Assembly (NCBI RefSeq): GCF_009914755.1
Contig: NC_060926.1
Length of the DNA: 64,000 nucleotides
Strand: one strand, 5' to 3'
Source of the DNA: the human T2T-CHM13v2.0 reference genome, Homo sapiens
Both the position numbers and the translations under genes were made by a program. The notes beneath the pieces were generated by a model. The model searched no databases. It was not told the DNA's origin and saw only the letters and a program-made list of their open reading frames with translations. This document shows positions 44,227-57,660 of this stretch, piece after piece; the stretch's first letter is position 1, and the number at the start of each line of letters is the position of its first letter.

Positions 44227-47200
44227 CTACTTTGTGCACTGTAGATTCTCAATGAATTTTAATTCCTCTCTCTCCATTCACCACCCCTACCCTGGCCTTT
44301 GAACTTCTTCTCATCCCCAAACTCCAAGAATCAAGAGTTAAGAATTGCAGGAGGTTGGTGTGATGTTTGGAGGCTGGGCTTTGGAATCAGATGCAACCAG
44401 GTTCTAATTTGGGCTGTGGGATATTGGGAAAGTCACCACTTCTCTCTGAGCCTCGGTCTGCTGATCATAGCATGGGGGTTATAAATATCTACCACCTGGG
44501 GTTGCTGTGAAGCATCAACAAACCTAATTGCCTGAAATGAGTAGCACAGTGCCTGATACAGGTGAACACTTGGATGGTGTTGATGGTGTTGATGCTGTTG
44601 GTGAGGAGGACAACAGGAGCCTGAGGCCAAGGGAGGCTGGACTGGACAACACTCCTGTCCCAAAGGGGCTGACGGGCCAGGAGTTCAGATGAGGGGATGG
44701 CACCATCTAGCAAGGCACCAGCCATTACAGGGCAGAAAGCATCTGAAGGCAGGGAAGGAGCACAGTTCAGAATGCTGAGGCGCCTGCAGGGGCGTCATTC
44801 CAGCACAGCCACTGGTATGAGCTGGGGAGTGCCAAGGGGAGGGAGGTACTGCGAGGGTGACTCACCCCAGGTGCCAGCATTCCCAGCCCTTTTTGCCTCT
44901 TAGGATGGCACCCCAAGTTCTGCCACATTTTCTCAGCACCCCCCACCCCGCCCCCCGGTCCCCTGCTTTTACTCTGTGACCATGCTTACCACGTTGACGT
45001 TCGTTGACGTTCCCTGCCTTCATTCTCAGTAGTGTTTTTGCTGGGTACAGCTGTGCGGCCCTCAGCACCCCAGCCCTGAAGTGGTAGCAGTCACCAGTGA
45101 GACCCTGTTCCAGCACAGCAGGCTCCCAAATATTTCTAAGCGAAACAGCCTCAGTGGAGCATCTTTGACTCTGGACAAGTGATTTCGCCATTTTAGAATT
45201 CTGATTGCAGGAATTTTGCCATTTGAGAATTCTGATGGCAGGAACAATGATTTCACCATTAGAGAATTCTGATGGCAGGAACGTTCCTGTGGCCTGGGAT
45301 TGGGAGGGCCATCATTTTCATCCCCTACCCCCACTCCAGGGAAGAGTGTGAGGCCTGGGCTGGCCTGGGCTTTGCTGGGCACTTTCATAAGCTCCTAAGC
45401 TTTTCTTTGTGTCTTAATGGCTGTTACTTTGGTATATGCCTTCCTGGGTTCATCAGACTAGTGTTTCTTGAACTTAATCTCCTCCCAGACCCACCTGCAC
45501 TTGAAGTAACACACATACAACTCACCTGGGAGCATGGGAGGACTTCCTAGGCCACGCCTGATCAAACCAGAGGACAGCAGGAGGAATCAGGGAATGTTTC
45601 CTAGAGGAGCTGGAACTTGACAGAAAGCTGGGAGGGATCAGGAAGAAAGAACTATCTGCGAAAGGCATAAAAGGAGAAAGGGAAAGGCAAGATTCAGGTC
45701 AGTTATATTCAACAAGTGTTTGTTGAACATGTCCTTTGAGCCCTCTGTGAAGCCCTGAAGCCCTAGAGGGAGAAGCTTGACAAAGGCAAGGAAAGAATCT
45801 TCTGCCATCACCCTAACATTGCCACCTTGAAAAGCTTCGATGGCAGAAGACTTGATAATGCAAAATACTTAAGGGATAACAGGCAGTAGGGTAAAATCCG
45901 GCACCTGACTCCTAACAGGATGCTCATTTGGAAGAGGAATTTGGAGCTCTGCCTTTCAAGGTTTGAGGACAGAGAGAAGAGGGCCTCTGGGGAGGCTGGG
46001 AGCCAGCGTTTCTGTGGGTCCTGAGAGCCTATGTCAGCCCCCTTCTCATCTTGGGTCTTGCAGAAGATCCTATCCAAGTGGGTCTGCACTGCTGGATAAG
46101 CAATGCCCTCCTGCCTATCTCTGCGGAGAGGACTAAAGGATGGTCTGGCTGCCAGGAGGGACAGGGGTCAGAGCCTGGTTCGTGTGTATTGAAGTGAAGG
46201 CAGACAGAGCCTCAACCCTCCCTCACAGAGGGGCTCAGCCCTCCAGCCAGAATTTGTTCCCTGAAGGGTACAGGCACCAAGGGGCACTTTGCAAGCTGAC
46301 TGGGGGGCTGTGTTCTGCCCACATCAAGTGGAGGACCTTTGATCTCCAGAGGCATATATGTCATGGAGAAGAGACACTCTGGGGAATCCAGTTTTGCACT
46401 TGGGGGATCAGTGCCTTCTTACCTTCCCATTGTTTGTGCTGGGGAGGGGGATGGTAACAGAATTAGGTTTGGCCTAAACTTAACATTCCATTGTTATTCT
46501 GGAATTCTGGGATTTGACTAATACACAGTGGGTTTGTGAAGGTTCATTAAGTTTCCACATCAACCTCAGTCTCCTCACTGTGAGAAGGCCTGGCCACATA
46601 GCAGCAGCCCTTCACCCTCCATGTTCCTCTGGCTACTCCTTTCTGGACCTATTTCGCCTTAACAGCAGCTTTCTTGGAGCACAGAGCTTGGAGATCAATG
46701 GAGTATTTCAGGTGTGAGAGCCCAGCTAGGCGTGGAAGAGGGTGGCAAATGGCTAGGCCAGGGAACTATGAAATATATTTGCCTTAAGTAAGGAGATGGA
46801 AAGATAAGCCCTCCAGAGTAGGGCTTATCAACTGAGATGACTTCGAAAATAAACCAGACCCTGACCTAGGACTTTAGCCGCACTCCGTCCCCCCTAGCGC
46901 AGCAGCTGACATATCAGCTAGTGTTGGCAGTAACAGGATTTGCAGACTTCCTGGGAGGCGTGGCAGACTCAGACTATAGGGACCTGGGGTGTGGGTGTTC
47001 AACCAAATAATTGAGAAGACAGTCACCCCAAAATGTGGCACTTCAGATTGAAGCACCCACCTTGTATCACAGGCAGTGAGCTAAGGGGAAGTGTTAGACA
47101 GAACTGGGTGCTAGTCCCCACTGTTACTGTCTGTGAGATGCTGAGAAATTCACTCAATCTCTCTGCTCCTTTCCTGTAAAATGAGGGACTTAAGTAATCC

Positions 47201-47249
47201 CTAAGATTTCTTCCAGCCCCAGCCATGTGAGAGCAGGGATTTGCAGGGT

Positions 47250-47660
47250 TTTTTAATCAATTGTATTGCAACAAAATTTACATAGAATAAATGCACCCAT
47301 TTCAAGTCCACATTCTGATGCATTTGAAAAATGTCATACACCCATGTGACCACCAGCACAATAAGTATATAGAACACCTCCATCCTCCCAAGAAGTTTCC
47401 TGCCCATAGCCCCAGGCAACCCTGGTCTGCTTTCTGTCACTGGAGATTAGATTCGTCTTTTCTAGAGTTTCTTATAAATGGAGCCACATAGCATGTACTT
47501 TTTTTGTGTCTGCCTTCTTTCACTCAGCATCATGTTTTTGAGATTTGGGACTTATAATTTTAACTTTAGTATGGAAATTTCCAAACATATATAAAAGTAG
47601 AGCAAATCATTGAATGAGTCCCCATGTGTTCATCACCCAGCGTCAACAATTAGCAATGCA
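47250..47660 (-). mobile_element. Old L1M 3'-end fragments (L1MB/ME-like)
   Basis: aaatgcacccatttcaagt ... cacccatgtgaccacc ... cttctttcactcagcatcatgtttttgagatt. Confidence 0.75.
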
Positions 47661-50276
47661 CAGTAATTAGCAATTAGCAATCAAGGGAGAGCGTTACATC
47701 TGTTTTGTTCACAAATGCATCCCCAGCAGTTAGAACAATTCCTGGCACATAGTAGGTATTCAATCTATATTTGTGGAATGAACAAATGAATTCCCCAGAT
47801 ATACAGTGTTTTTTTCAGCTCTATCTCAAAATTCTCTTCTCACCTTTTATGGCTCAAGATCAGTTCCAGTATATGCCCGGGAATTTGGGGTCATAAGATC
47901 CTGCATTAGGAAACTTGAAATTATTGTTGAATGGTGAGAGAAGGTGGGTGACCTCGTCTTGACTTGAGAGGCACATATTAGAATGTTTACAGTTCCCATT
48001 TCACAGGCAGTGCAATAATAAATCCTGGGCCAAGAGAACTGATCTCTATCTAGAACATTTTCCTAAATAAGTGGGGGAGAGATTGGTAAGTGGAGGAACT
48101 GGGCCTTTGCCAGGGCCAGATTGGAAAGTTTCTTCTTTGGATACCAAAAATGTCCCTGGAATGGTAAACCCAACAGCTGTCAGCAATAAGACGGCTTTAA
48201 AAAGTAGATGATAAATGAAAAAGGTCCCCCAGTTAGAAGCAGAATGAGTCCAAGTTGCCACCGTTTTCTTACCCACTTCCAGCTGGAGACACAGGCTCCT
48301 GCTGCATCGCCAGGCTCGGGTCCTGCCACTGCACATCCTGCTGCGGGGGGCCAGCTCACTGCAGGGCCTGGCTCAGCAAGCTCAGGCCCCAGGCAAGCCA
48401 GGGCAGGCAGGGTACTGTCTCCTCCTAAGGCTCTTTATTCCTGGATAGCCACACAGCATTTTCTACATCGTGTTCTGTCCCAGGCATCTCCTGGGGTGCC
48501 CCTAATGTCTACGAAATAACCCCAAAAGACTTGGTGGTGATGGTGGCCTCTTGCACTGTGAGGGGTACACGGCAGAATGCAGTTGTTTGTTTGATGTTAA
48601 CACAGCAACACCGCTATTGACAGAAACCATTGAACTGGCAGCTTATGCTGGGCACAGTGCTGCGTGTCTTTGTGCAGATGGCTGCATTGATGCCTCCCGG
48701 CAGTTCATCATGGGAGGCAGGATAGTACATGCCAGGGGCACAGCCTCGGGGTCAGAACAAGCTGATTCCAAGTCCTGACCCCACCTCTTGCCCAGCCTGC
48801 CTGTTAGACAAGACGTCTAATGCCTCCGAGCCCATTTCCCCATCTTTACAATGGAGATGTGATCACAGCACTCTCCTCCCTGTGGAGTGGGTGTGAGGTT
48901 ACAAGAGCCGGGTGTTGAAGGCATCAAAGCACTGGCAAAGTCTCCATCTGCAGCTTTGTTATGTTTTCCTCCTAAAGAAGCTAAGGCTGTCCCAGGCACT
49001 GAGCTGGTGCTAAAAACACAAGGCAGATGCGCATGTGGAGCTCCGGTCCAGTGGAAAAGACACCTCAGACTGAGTCATCATTTAGCTCCAGTTATGAGGA
49101 GTACCAGGAAACAGAACCCCAGCACAAGGGTCAAGGTATATATAGGAGGGGACTAGCCTGGTTTGGGGATCATTCCCCCAGGAAGAGGCATTTCCTTTGC
49201 TGTACAGCAGCAGCAGACACGTCCCTTGAGTGGCCTCAGGAATGGTTTCAGAGCTCACGTGCAGCATCCTCTCAGTTCGACTCTTGGAGGGCCAGTGGGC
49301 TCAACGGTGGAGAGAATGGCTGTGGCTCTCTGCCGTCCTCCAGAGACTCTGCAGCGTTCATTCCATTAGCTGGGAGCCTGCAAAGCCAGGCTGAGCTGGG
49401 CCCTGCTAGTGTCAGAAGCGCCAGGCCCTCTTTCCCCCCAGGCACTGCCAGCCTCTTGCGGGAGCCAAGACTCCTGGGGCACTTAGCGACATATCCAGGC
49501 CATTCCTCAATCCCAGACTGGATGTCATCTGGGGCCAGTGTGCACTGGATGGACAATGTGGACTCATCCATAATCAGGTGGCCCCATGTGGCTGGAATGT
49601 ATACTTTATATTTTTGTTACCAAATTTCAGAATCAACGTGTCACAGCCAAAGGAGTGTATAGGTGTGGGCCTGGGCAGGCCTGGGCGGGCCTGGGCGTGC
49701 CTGGGCGGCCCTGGGAGGGTTTGAGGAGCAGGAATAAGCGCCATCCCTCAGAACTGCCCAGAAATGCCTCCTTCACTAACAAGAATGGAGACATAATGTG
49801 TTTGGAGCTAACGCTTTGAGACTATTGACTTCACCTGCACTTAGAAGACACCTCTGGAAAGAGGCTTAGATACACAGTCTACATCCGGGGGAGTGTTCTC
49901 AGCCATTTTTACATGAGACAGCCTTCCCCACAGAGCACTGTATAGTCACTAAGTCCAGAGGGGATGCCCTGTGCTGGGGACCCTTGTGGTCTGAAAGACT
50001 TAAGCAAAAGGGGACACTTCAGGTCCTGAAAATACTTCTCAGGGCTTTCTCCTTTATGTGGATTCCTCAGAGACAGTTATTGTACCACTTAGAAAGCCAG
50101 GCTTTTTATAATGGAAATGTTTAAATCAGTGGTTCTTAACTTAGTGGTATCACTACCCCCTTGGAGAATCTGATACAGTAAACTCTGTCTCCAGGAAAAC
50201 CCCAAGGTGTCACAAACACAGTACACTGTTCTATATTCTACCAGGCTCATGGAAACCCTGAAGCCATCCTTTGAGG

Positions 50277-50593
50277 CAGGGGTCTGCGAACTGCAGCCCA
50301 GGGCCAAATCCAGCCCACCACCTGCTTTTGTGCAGCCCTAGAATAAGAATGGTTTCAACATTTTTTTAATGGTTGAAGAATACTATTTCATGACACATGA
50401 ACACTGTATGAAATTCAAACATCAGTGCCCATAAAGTTTTATCGGAACACAGCCACCGTCATTCATTTACAGAAGTTCATGCTGCTTTTGGGCTACAGTG
50501 GCAGAGCGGAGTGGTTATGACAGAGACCATATGGCTCCCCACATCTAAAATATTTACTACCTGGCCTTTCACAGAAAAAAATGGCAACCCTTG
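50277..50593. mobile_element. MER58B-like hAT-Charlie element, apparently nested in an older hAT relic starting at about 50127
   Basis: caggggtctgcgaac ... gggccaaatccagccc ... aaagttttatcggaacacagccac ... atatttactacctggcc ... gcaacccttg, with terminal inverted repeats. Confidence 0.8.
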
Positions 50594-51897
50594 CTCCAGG
50601 GGTGGGAACCCCATTTAAGAAGCTTACTTTATATTCCTTACTTTTGCTTACAAATGATTGAGCCATGGAATTTAGACATAGAAGCAGCATTGAAAGTCTC
50701 CTTGAAAAGCTTCTCACTTTACCAATAGCAGACAAGGAACATGTTCCTCAGTTTCGCAGGAGCAAGAGCCAGGAAGGGGCTCTGTCCTGGGCCCTCCCTT
50801 TCTTCTGTAGGTTTCTGAATTGGCACTGCCTTCCAAAGGAACCTTCGGGTAGTTGCCCTGAAGTTTTGTTTCAAAGCATCATAACACATGTTAGAAGTTT
50901 GGTGGCAACTTCTTTATAACAGGGACACCTGCTTGCCTCTGTGATGGCAATCCCTGAAAGCTGTGTCTATAGACCCCAGCTAATTCCCAGACAAACGATA
51001 GTTGGCTGAACTCCTTTGATCTCTATTTGCTGAGTGTAGGGGAGGAGGTTTGCTGTTAGCTAATACCTGAAGTAGAGTTTTCTTTTTTCCTAAAGTAACT
51101 TCTCACATGGAATTTGTAAACAAATTTTTTTTTATAGTTTAGCAAACAATAATGAGACTGGAGATGGGAAATAGTTGAATTCCGTCAAACAGCAGACCTG
51201 ATAGAATTCAGCTGTGGTTGATTGTTCAGAATGCCTGGCGGTCTGAGAGAATTTGGTCCATTTAGAAAATAGATATGTGTGTCTACTGACTGCCTCCAAA
51301 GGAATGAAGCAACTTTCCCTCAGAAGTGTTTTAGCGAGGAAACCAATGAGATTGTGGGGAAGGGGCCTGTGAGGCCCAGCCTGAGGCTTGGGCAGCTTGT
51401 CCCTACGACTACAGGGGCCACCTAGCTGCCAGGACCCTTTCCGTTGGGCTGGGGAATGGTGGGCCAAGTGGCCTCCCATTTTAACTGCCATCTGTGCCAT
51501 CGTGCTTAAAAAGCAAGTGGGTCTTCATTTTCTTCTCCCTTAAAAGGTGGAAGCAGCAATCTTTTCAATGATGTAAAGGTCGCAAACTGGAGGATTGTGA
51601 GACCCATTCAGCCAGGAGATAACTTTTTTAAAATCGAATTAGTAGGCAACATTTAAAAAGAGATGTAAGTGAAAATGTAGATTGGGGCATTTCGTGGCAA
51701 CTCCAAAGACCTGGGACCCCTGGGTCGGTGTCCCCGACAGGTGGCATCAGCTGGTGAGGCATGCAGCCCTCAGCTTGCTGGGCTCCTCAGTTCCCGGTGC
51801 GCCCAGGCTCCCCCATGCCACACACAACACACACAGACACCCAAAGACACACACATGCCCCACTCATTAGAGAGAAAAGGAGATATGATGCTTTTTA

Positions 51898-52190
51898 ATT
51901 TTTTTTGAGATAAGATCTGGCACTGTCACCCAGGCTGGAGGGCAGTGATATGATCTTGGCTCTCTTGCAACCTCTACCTCCTGGACTCAAGCCAACCTCA
52001 CACCTCCGCCTCCTGAGTAGCTGGGACTACAGGCACATGCCACCGTGTCTGGCTAATTTTTGTATTTTTTTGTAAAGGCAGGGTCTCACTATGTGGCCCA
52101 GGCTGGTCTCAAACTCCTGGGCTCGAGCTATCCACCTACCTTGTCCACCAGAAGTGCTGGGATTACAGGCATGAACCACCACGCCCAGCC
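51898..52190 (-). mobile_element. Alu (AluJ-like), antisense
   Basis: Poly-T, tgtcacccaggctggag ... gaaccaccacgcccagcc. Confidence 0.92.
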
Positions 52191-52614
52191 GAGATCTGGT
52201 GTTACAGCCTGCAATTTTAGCCAGCAGGGCTAAAATTGCTTCCTTCCTTCCTTGTTTTTCTAAAATCCTTCCTTCCTTGTTTTTCCTTTCTTATTCCAGA
52301 AAGTTTAAAGATGTCCCACCAGTATATATAAAGTTTACTATGAATGTAATGTCAGCGAAAAGAAAGAAAGAGAAAACAGCACAGGAAGGCAAAAAAGCAT
52401 CAGAAATGTTCTTTTGGGTGGGTCACATATTTGGCTATTTGCCTCCAGTGAAAACTAATTGGTTCTAGATTTCATGTGCAGGGGAGATAAATGCACACAG
52501 GTGGCCTAGGTGAAACAATGATTATTCTGTGAACTGAGACCAAATAGAAAGTTCTCTCCTGGATCATCCCAAAGACAATTCTGTTTGTTCTAACCATACA
52601 GTTGTGATCTTAGA

Positions 52615-52860
52615 TATATTGAGGAAGGAACAATGCCAATAATTTACTCGATGTCACCTACTGTTCTCGCCACTTGATTGTATTCTTTCATTTAATCCTC
52701 ATAACAAATATATGGGAAGGCCTACTAATGTCCCCATTTTATGGATGAGAAAATGGCGGCACAGAGATTACATAATTGGCCCAAGGCCACAAAGTTAGTA
52801 ACTGGAGAAGCAGGCATGGAATTCAGGCAGTCTGGCTGTAGAGCATGAAGGCTAAGCCAC
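52615..52860 (-). mobile_element. MIR SINE
   Basis: tcatttaatcctcataacaa ... ccccattttatggatgagaaaatggcggcacagaga ... gcccaaggccaca. Confidence 0.75.
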
Positions 52861-53599
52861 TAAGCTACCTCTCACAGATCGGCATTTAAAGAAACCAGTC
52901 TGATTCCATGAGAGTTCTCAGATGTCCTGATTTTATAAATACCAATATAAAATAGACCAAGAAGTCATGAAGCTGAGAAGGAATGCCAGTATATAGCATG
53001 AACTTGCTATGTGTTGGAGGAGGCCAAATCTAGTATGGTCTTAGGCTCCTGAAAAAGCCTTTGGACAACAATGAAAACAGGCCTTTTGAAATTGTTAAAA
53101 GAAGAAAGAAAGAGACCCACGGCCTTTATATGGAGGGACTCCACCAGGCTGCCCACCAGAATCACTTATGGAGCTTTAAAAACTCACCGTCTGGAGATTC
53201 CAATTCATCAGGTCTAGGATGACTCTCAGGTGTCTAAATGGCTGTGTTTGGTTTTTATGCACAGCCAGGATTGAGAACCACTGTGTTAAAAAATGGCAAA
53301 AAGCAGACCTGTTATTTTGCCTCCAATTTTCCCCAAAGAGAAATAGCTCCAAAGTACAAAGATAAGGGTGAAAACCACTAAGAGGAAATTGAAACCCAAG
53401 AGAGGCAAATTACATTTAATAAAGCTCACCTGGGGAGCCCTATTATTCCATGCCCAGACCAGATCCCAAAGCAGTTCAACAGAATCCCTAGAGTGGGACG
53501 AGCAGCTCCGTGCGTTGAAGCTCCCCCAGGTGACTCCAGTGTAGGCCCAGGTGAATTACATTCCAGGTTACGGAAGAATCTGCTCTGCCTACTGCTTGG

Positions 53600-54472
<873 letters not shown>

Positions 54473-54511
54473 TTTTTTTAAATCAATTTCAGAAAAATAA
54501 GATTGGAGTTT

Positions 54512-54954
54512 GTATTAGTTGCCCAGGGCTACCATAACAAAGTACCAAAACCTGGGTGGCTTATCTAACAACAGAAATTTATGATCTCATGGTTTGAGGC
54601 TAGAAGTCTGAAATCAAGGTGTTGGCAGGGTCTTGCTCCCTCTGAAACCTACAGAGGAATCTTTCCTTGCCTCTTTCAGCTCTGGTAGCCACAGACTTTC
54701 ACTGGCTCGTGCCACACAGCTTCAGTCTTCACACATATGTCCCTGTGTCTCTTCCCTCTGTGCATGTCTGTCTCTGTGTCCAATTTCCCCTCTTATAAGG
54801 ACACCAGTCATATTGGATCAGGGCCCACTCTAATGACCTCATCTTCGTTTGATTACGTCTGCAAAGAACTTATTTCCAAATAAGACCACATCCTGTGGTA
54901 CTGGGGGTTAAAACTTCACATATCTTTTTGGGGAGACACAATTCAACTCATAAC
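54512..54954 (-). mobile_element. MaLR solo LTR (MLT1B/C-like)
   Basis: TG...CA ends: tgtattagttgcccagggctaccataacaaagtacc ... caattcaactcataaca. Confidence 0.88.
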
Positions 54955-55110
54955 ATGGTAAAATTGGATTGATACAACTAAGATAGTGTCAATGTTTTCT
55001 CATAGCTACTTAAGAAATTATAAAACATTGATACTATCTTAGACAATGTTAATGTAATTTAAGGGTTCACGCCAAGTAGAAAGTAACACCACTGCACTTG
55101 GCACTGTTCA

Positions 55111-55469
<359 letters not shown>

Positions 55470-57159
55470 TAGAGCACTGCCATGGACTCCCAGTAGAAAG
55501 TTCCATGGGCAGTCCAGTGCCAGATGACCCCTCTATACATTTTGACCTGTTTACTGTAAAGAAAATCCAAAAGTATGAACATTTCTTGGCTAACAAAATT
55601 ATAAAGAGGAAGAAGGGATGACAGATGATTATGTTTAGAGAAATTTTTAACTTGAGAGTTAGATTCTCATTTTTGCCAGGCAGGGCACTATGCAGTGATA
55701 CCTTCCTTATTTCATTTAACTTCACACATCAGTATGTGTGTGTAAACATATACACATATATTCTTTTAATTCGAATGTATGGCTATGAAGAATATATGTA
55801 TCTATATGAGGATCTAGTTAATGGTGAGGAAGTGTTCTAATTGTTTAAATTCTTTTTCTTTTAGAATATTTAAAAGAGAAAAGTGGAGCATAGATAAGAA
55901 TATGGACATTTCAAAGCTAGGACGGACTTGGGATTTGGCTGTTATAGTGACTAAAATTATTTCCGGCCAATGAACGTTAAGTATCTGCTGTGTGCCCTGC
56001 CTTGCAGTAGGTACCTTGAGGGGTATGATGGGGAATATAATACACATGAAATAGCAGAAGGGGCTAAATGCATGATCCAGACAGTGCCATAGGAGCCGGG
56101 AGGAGGGCAGGGTGGAAGGAGACTGGAGTTACGGAAGTCATAAGAAGGAGCCTCACGTGGGACCTAGAAGGATGCTGGCATTTGGGAGACCACGTAGAGA
56201 CAGCATGTCTCAGTTCAGGTCACACCCCATGAGGCAGAGGACCTCTGGGTTGGGGTCACTATGCTACTTGTGCTGTTGCTGTCACGCCAAGCAGAGTTAA
56301 GGGGGAAGGCAGGGACCAATAAGGCAGCCACATGAAAGCTAGCCCTATGCCCCAGCCTGTAAGATCAGGGAGTTTTCTCAGTGCTTTAAAACAAAGTCAT
56401 CTGTTGATCTCCTGGGAATCAGATGAAGACAGAAGCAGACACTGCTGGCTCCTCCGAAAGCTCAAGTTTATGACGTCAGCACAGTGAGGGCTGTGAGAGA
56501 TTGTGCTGGCCAGACAGGAAGTAAGCATTGACGCTGCCTGCCTACCTCTGCCCTGGGCTCCCAACACCACCACAGCCGCTGAGTCTCTAGGCCTCAGAGC
56601 TGCCTGAGCTCTGAGGCAGGCCCAGTCTCTGAGAGGGATCTGGACTGACCTGAAACTCTTATTTCCTCCCTTCCTGACTACAGACACCAAAAATGTGCCC
56701 TTCCCCCAGAGTCAGTCCCAGATTTCTCAAATCTAAGACCTTATTTCTGAAATGATGCCAGAGGGAATCGGAATGTTGTTTTCCTCTAACATCAGCCACA
56801 GGGGTCAGACATACCCACAAAGTCCCTAAACATATCTGTCTTGATGGAATTTTCCCAAACCCTGGTCGAACCTGTTTGTTTCTATCTTGTGTCAGCAATT
56901 AGAAAACTCTAGTGCCCCAAGTCCTGGGAGAAGAAATTTCATTAATTGGGCCTAAGCCTACCTGTTTTGCAGACCCCATGGGCCTAGTGATGGTCTGGGA
57001 TGCCTGGCTCTAGGCCCTTCATGAATCAGACTACAGCCATCCCCCCCAACTCCCTGCCTCCACTTCCCAAAATCAAAACACCCCCTGACAGCACAGCAGC
57101 CCCTGACCCTGAACCCAGATCACGTTACTGGCTCTAGATAAAGTAGCAGCAAGAGAGGT

Positions 57160-57660
57160 GCATTTATTAATTTTTTCTAGCAGATATCTATGGAGTATGC
57201 AGTATGTGCCAGGCATTGTGCTAGGCTGGGGATAGAATGGTGAGTTCAACCCAGTCTCTGCCTGCAAGGAGCTCATAGATTAGTTGAAAAGAAGAGGCCT
57301 CCTCAGTGTGGTGAGTACTAAGTTAGGAGAGATGGTGAGGGCACCCACAAGAAGCTTTGCTCAAGCAGCCCTGGAGGGATGAGGAGGGTTCCTGAAGAAA
57401 GGGCATGTACATGGAGGTGGGGAAATTGCATGGATGTGGGGCAGAAGGCAGGGATAGGGGAGGGCATTCCAGGTAGAGGGCTAGCTATGCAAGGCTGGAG
57501 GCAAGAGAAAGCAGGAGGAAGCCCCATGGTTGGGCAGTGCCAGGGAGATGAACCTGGGGGATGAGGCAAGGACAAGCTCCTGAAGGGCCTCAGAAGCAGG
57601 TGAGCGAAAGAACTCAGGACTTTACCCCAAAAGCCGTGATGTGCAATGAAGCATCTCAAT
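57160..57660 (-). mobile_element. L2 3' fragment
   Basis: gtatgtgccaggcattgtgctaggctggggatag ... ctctgcctgcaaggagctcatag ... ggcattccaggtagaggg. Confidence 0.7.

Noticed and set aside
49027-49662. Longest ORF in the track (211 aa)
   Set aside because: Low-complexity Ser/Ala/Gly-rich translation with no domain motifs or splice context; expected by chance in GC-richer intron
52211-52260. Hairpin plus T-rich tract resembling a rho-independent terminator
   Set aside because: A bacterial mechanism that does not apply to a Pol II intron; kept only as a structural oddity
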